Part shown: piece by piece, positions 15,870 through 19,089 of the stretch | How positions within the stretch are numbered: position 1 is the stretch's first letter | Layout: every line of letters starts with the position of its first letter | Assembly: GCA_038833255.1 (NCBI GenBank) | Contig: JAWBIX010000005.1 | Coordinates: 1 to 19,089 of the forward strand | Reading direction: 5' to 3' | DNA length: 19,089 nt | Origin: Nanopusillaceae archaeon | GTDB taxonomy: Archaea; Nanobdellota; Nanobdellia; Nanobdellales; Nanobdellaceae | Made by a program: the position numbers and the translations under genes | Notes under the pieces: generated by a model | Told to the model about the DNA's origin: nothing | The model's database searches: none | The model's input: the letters and a program-made list of their open reading frames with translations, nothing else

Positions 15870-16617
15870 CGTATTTTCAATAATTTCTGGTAAAGGAGGA
15901 GTAGGAAAAACGTTTATTTCTATAAATTTAGCATATGCTATAAGTAAATTTAATAGAAAGGTTCTTTTAATTGATGCAAATATTACAACACCAAACGTGA
16001 GTATTGTTTTAAAAGTTGATAGAAAAGGCAAAACCATTCATGATTTTTTAAGATCTAAGATTGATTTAGAAGATGCCATTTTTAAAACAAAATACGGATT
16101 TGATCTAATTCCGGGAAGTCTCCAAATAGAAGATCTTATAGATATAGATTTAGATAGATTATGTTTTTTATATAAAATTAGAGAAAAGTACGATTATATA
16201 ATACTAGATTCTTCAGCTGGTCTTGGAAGAGAAACATATTCTTCTATTAAAGCCTCTGACGAAGTTATATTGGTTACAACTCCTGAAAAAGCAGCGTTAA
16301 TGGATGCTTTAAGAGCGATAAAAATATGTAAAACTTTAGGAACAAAAATAAGAGGAATAATTTTAAATAGATACGATACAAATGTAGATCTTTATAAAAT
16401 AGAAACTTTACTAGAAGAAAAAATAATAGGGGTTGTTAGAGAAGATGAAAATGTTCAATATAGTATGAATATTGGTGTTCCATTATTAGAAGTAGATCCT
16501 GCTTCTCCCGCATCTTTAGATATACTAAATATATCTAAAAAGATCTTAGGAATAAGAGAAGATACAAAAGAAGAAGGATTTTTAAGAAAAATATTTAAAA
16601 TATTTAAATGGAAATAG
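15850..16617 (+). CDS. minD: MinD/ParA-family P-loop ATPase
   Basis: It has the deviant Walker A SGKGGVGKTFISINLA with the signature Lys, VLLIDANI, and Walker B DYIILDSSAG. The length is typical of archaeal MinD homologues. The only start codon close to the P-loop is TTG (15850). Confidence 0.85.
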   Translation: MKNKLADVFSIISGKGGVGKTFISINLAYAISKFNRKVLLIDANITTPNVSIVLKVDRKGKTIHDFLRSKIDLEDAIFKTKYGFDLIPGSLQIEDLIDIDLDRLCFLYKIREKYDYIILDSSAGLGRETYSSIKASDEVILVTTPEKAALMDALRAIKICKTLGTKIRGIILNRYDTNVDLYKIETLLEEKIIGVVREDENVQYSMNIGVPLLEVDPASPASLDILNISKKILGIREDTKEEGFLRKIFKIFKWK

Positions 16618-16877
16618 ATTTTCAAATAAATAAAATTTTAGAAATTATTAAAGAAAAAAAACCAAAAAAAATTTTATTACAATTTCCAGATGGTTTAAAA
16701 CCAAAATCAAAAGAAGTATATGATGCTATAAAAAATTCTTTTCCAGATATAGAAGTCTATATATGGTTAGGGGAAAATTTTGGTGGTTGTGATGTTCCTA
16801 TATGGCTAGAAAAATATGGATTTGATCTTATAATAAATATTGGACACTTGAAAGTTTTAATGAAAAAAGAAGTATGA
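16608..16877 (+). CDS. dph2: Diphthamide synthase Dph2, N-terminal domain-1 fragment only (split gene or remnant)
   Basis: 89-aa ORF. ILLQFPDGLK...IEVYIWLGENFGGCDVP...GFDLIINIGH matches the first ~85 residues of archaeal Dph2 (QxPEGL and YGACD motifs; the Cys is the domain-1 Fe-S ligand). The ORF stops right after the GH motif, and the downstream ORF is unrelated. Confidence 0.7.
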   Translation: MEIDFQINKILEIIKEKKPKKILLQFPDGLKPKSKEVYDAIKNSFPDIEVYIWLGENFGGCDVPIWLEKYGFDLIINIGHLKVLMKKEV

Positions 16878-17104
16878 TTCAGAGGTTTTATTTCTTTCTT
16901 GGTATTATTTTTATTTTAATTGGTTTTCTATTTATAGTCATTTCATTTTTAAATTTATATAAAAACGGAAAATTTGCTTTTATAGGATTAATTGGCCCAT
17001 TTCCAATTATAATAATTAACAATAAAATATCTTATTTTACAATAATTGCTTTGCTTTTATTTTTATTTATGGTTTTTTTATTAATTTTATTATTTTTCCA
17101 TTAA
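16874..17104 (+). CDS. Small two/three-TM membrane protein (DUF131-like?)
   Basis: 76-aa hydrophobic ORF with an ATGA overlap on the upstream stop. The central FIGLIGPFPIII recalls the IGPIPI motif I associate with a small archaeal membrane-protein family. The family call is weak. Confidence 0.5.
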   Translation: MIQRFYFFLGIIFILIGFLFIVISFLNLYKNGKFAFIGLIGPFPIIIINNKISYFTIIALLLFLFMVFLLILLFFH

Positions 17105-17764
17105 ATTTTCTTCAAAAAATTTGTAGACTTCTTTAAGATTCTTGAAAATTTTATATACTCCAAGATTTTTAAGTTCTTGTTTACTACTAGCCCCTGTTAA
17201 TACTGCTATAACATTTATTCCAGCTAATTTTGCCGAAATTACACCATAAACCGAATCTTCAATAGCTATACATTCTCCTGGTAGCAAACATATTTTTTTT
17301 GTTGCCAATATATATGGTTCTGGATCTGGTTTTGTATTTTTTACATCATCTGAAGTTATTATTACATCAAAAAAATTTTCTAAACCAAGATTTTTTAATA
17401 TTCTTTCTGTAATAAGCCTATTTGAAGAGGTTACAATTCCTAATTTATACTTTCTTTCTCTTAGAAAAAATAAAAGTTCTTTAGCTCCAATATTAAATTT
17501 TATTTTATCTATATTTTGTTCTAAAATTTCATTTTTCATTTTAACAAATTCTTCATATGAGATTCCAAAATCTTTTATATATTTTTCATAAATCTTTTTA
17601 GCTAATTCTTCCGGGGATTCACCACTATTTTTAATAAGGTTTTCTTTAACTGAAATTTTCAATTTCTCAAAAAGTAGTTGATATGTCTCTGCATAAATTG
17701 GCAAAGAATTAACTAGAGTTCCATCTAGATCTATAAATACTCCTTTTATATTTTTTAAAAACAT
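17090..17764 (-). CDS. HAD-superfamily hydrolase, subfamily IA (phosphatase / beta-phosphoglucomutase-like)
   Basis: - Motif I: FIDLDGTLVNS.
- Motif II: GIVTSS.
- Motif III: K.KPDPEPY.
- Motif IV: IAIEDSVYGVISAKLAG. Confidence 0.85.
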   Translation of the reverse strand: MFLKNIKGVFIDLDGTLVNSLPIYAETYQLLFEKLKISVKENLIKNSGESPEELAKKIYEKYIKDFGISYEEFVKMKNEILEQNIDKIKFNIGAKELLFFLRERKYKLGIVTSSNRLITERILKNLGLENFFDVIITSDDVKNTKPDPEPYILATKKICLLPGECIAIEDSVYGVISAKLAGINVIAVLTGASSKQELKNLGVYKIFKNLKEVYKFFEENLMEK

Positions 17765-17768
17765 ATCT

Positions 17769-18335
17769 TTATTTTACCAGTTTTAATATTTCTTTTTCAT
17801 CTAAATTTTTTCCTACATATTCAAAATACGACCCAGATAATTTATTTCTCGCAATTTTTAGTAGTTTTTTAATTATTGACACCATTTGTTCATTATCAAA
17901 GTATATAGATAGAACTATGTCTTTTCTATAAATTTGAGCTGCTCTATACAAGGGTTTTCCAAAGGAAAGTCTCATACCTTGAGAAATTCTATCCGCAGCA
18001 ACGCCTCCTCCTCCATAAACAATTGGATGTTCTCTAACAATATGATGTGGATATTTTCTTATTATAAACAAAAAGTCTTTGACATCTTTTTCTAAATGTT
18101 TCAATAAATTAATTCTAACTGCTTCTAAAGAATAATCAGATATTTGAATATTTAATAAAGATATAAGATGACCAACGTATTTCCAGTCTCTTGGGATTTT
18201 TGTCTTATTTCCCATTATCATCATTCTCAATTTTGCAGGTGGTGCTCCGGGTATTTTGTTAAGTGATTTAGAATATGAAAACCTCGTATATGCTCTCTCT
18301 ATTTCTCTAAATATTCTCCAAGGTCTCTTAGCCAT
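17769..18335 (-). CDS. rpl10e: 50S ribosomal protein L10e (uL16)
   Basis: 188-aa ORF. It shows MAKRPWRIFREIERAYTR......IPGAPPAKLRMMIMGN and ...GMRLSFGKP...AAQI, typical of archaeal L10e. Confidence 0.88.
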   Translation of the reverse strand: MAKRPWRIFREIERAYTRFSYSKSLNKIPGAPPAKLRMMIMGNKTKIPRDWKYVGHLISLLNIQISDYSLEAVRINLLKHLEKDVKDFLFIIRKYPHHIVREHPIVYGGGGVAADRISQGMRLSFGKPLYRAAQIYRKDIVLSIYFDNEQMVSIIKKLLKIARNKLSGSYFEYVGKNLDEKEILKLVK

Positions 18336-18814
18336 TATATCATTGACATTAGCAAATTATTTATATTTTCTCCCCAATAACCGTAAGCCCCACCATCTTT
18401 ATAACTCACTTTAATTCCTTTCCTTGGATATCCTCCAGATGGGGGTTTAAGTCTAAAGAAGGGTTTTAATCCCGGAATATCTTCTAACTCCATTTCAAAA
18501 TTAAAATATTTATCAATAAATTCATCTAAAGAAATATTTAAAGTTTTTTTAAGATATTCTTCAGAAAATCTTTTATTTCCAATTAGTCTTCCTCTTTTTA
18601 ATAAGAGATTTTTGAAGGTTTCTTTATTAATTTCCCCCCAAGCTACCCATGGCTCTACTTTTTTTATCATTCCTACTATAGATGCACTATTTTTAGTAAC
18701 TATGGCTACATTTGTACGTCTTAATCTTAAAAGATATAATGTATCTTTTATTTCTTTACTTGTTTTTGTAACTCCTTTAATTCTTATAACAGCTATTCTT
18801 TTTAAATCCATCAT
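18335..18814 (-). CDS. rpl30: 50S ribosomal protein L30 (uL30)
   Basis: 159-aa ORF. It shows AVIRIKG....SKEIKDTLYLLRLRRTNVAIV......IVGMIKKVEPWVAWGEINKETFKNLLLKRGRLIGNK and ...LKPFFRLKPPSGG, typical of archaeal L30P. Confidence 0.9.
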   Translation of the reverse strand: MMDLKRIAVIRIKGVTKTSKEIKDTLYLLRLRRTNVAIVTKNSASIVGMIKKVEPWVAWGEINKETFKNLLLKRGRLIGNKRFSEEYLKKTLNISLDEFIDKYFNFEMELEDIPGLKPFFRLKPPSGGYPRKGIKVSYKDGGAYGYWGENINNLLMSMI

Positions 18815-19089
18815 ATTAGACCAAATCTTAATCCTAAAAGCTCTGAATATTCTTCCTTTATTCTATATTCTGTAGTTTTCTTTAATGCTTTATAAGCTGC
18901 GAAAATAAAATTTATTTTCTTTCTGGTTTGACCAAAAGATTTCATCCAAATATCTCTAATACCTGCTAATCTTAGCAATTTTTTTATCTCATCTGGAGCA
19001 ACTAATCCTGTTCCAAAAGGTGCTGGAAGAAAAATAACTCTTACGGATCCTTGCTTACCTTCAACTTTAAATGGAATAGAATGTGGTTG
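18811..19089 (-). CDS. rps5: 30S ribosomal protein S5 (uS5), C-terminal part, N-terminus beyond window
   Basis: Hand translation of the minus strand from 19089: QPHSIPFKVEGKQGSVRVIFLPAPFGTGLVAPDEIKKLLRLAGIRDIWMKSFGQTRKKINFIFAAYKALKKTTEYR... This is the S5 C-terminal domain signature (PAP.GTGL.A....L.LAGI.D). The stop TGA (18813-18811) overlaps the rpl30 ATG. Confidence 0.88.
   Translation of the reverse strand, partial: QPHSIPFKVEGKQGSVRVIFLPAPFGTGLVAPDEIKKLLRLAGIRDIWMKSFGQTRKKINFIFAAYKALKKTTEYRIKEEYSELLGLRFGLI

Overview
This is a tightly packed, very A+T-rich archaeal chromosome segment. Every structured RNA stands out as a G+C-rich island, the pattern expected of a hyperthermophile with a low-GC genome.

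**Content**
- An unlinked 16S rRNA gene (+, ~2739-4228) and 23S rRNA gene (-, ~10245-13185), each flanked by its own perfect long-range processing helix.
- A 232-nt RNase P RNA candidate (-, 14995-15226) hidden under a spurious ORF.
- About 20 protein genes:
  - ribosomal proteins S5, L30, L10e, S19 and a missed L41e;
  - ProRS and a short archaeosine tRNA-guanine transglycosylase;
  - a FlaI-type ATPase, divergent from a FlaJ/TadBC-type platform protein that is split into two ORFs;
  - a MinD-type ATPase and a missed Sec61-beta;
  - a HAD hydrolase, a HIT-fold protein, an NTase and membrane proteins.

**Likely source**
- The 16S departs from 'universal' positions at the 5' end, the 530 loop and the 1392-1406 region, and it has no CCUCC tail.
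- The rRNA genes are unlinked, and genes are fragmented (only domain 1 of Dph2; split FlaJ).
- Together this suggests a Nanoarchaeota-like (Nanoarchaeum/Nanopusillus-type) symbiont. That assignment is my inference, not a database result.

**Most interesting observations**
1. The RNase P RNA has CR-I, CR-IV, CR-V and a bulged-U P4, but apparently no room for P2/P3.
2. An H/ACA-like K-loop hairpin sits at the start of the 16S leader. Its internal loop is bipartitely complementary to the 16S 790 loop.
3. There is no anti-Shine-Dalgarno tail, and promoters are arranged back-to-back in a leaderless layout.
4. The 23S sarcin-ricin tetraloop is GAAA instead of GAGA.
5. There is an ~84-aa insertion in ProRS, a HIT protein without the His triad, and an arcTGT without the CxCxxC zinc motif.

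I saw no CRISPR array, tRNA, transposase or obvious defence island.
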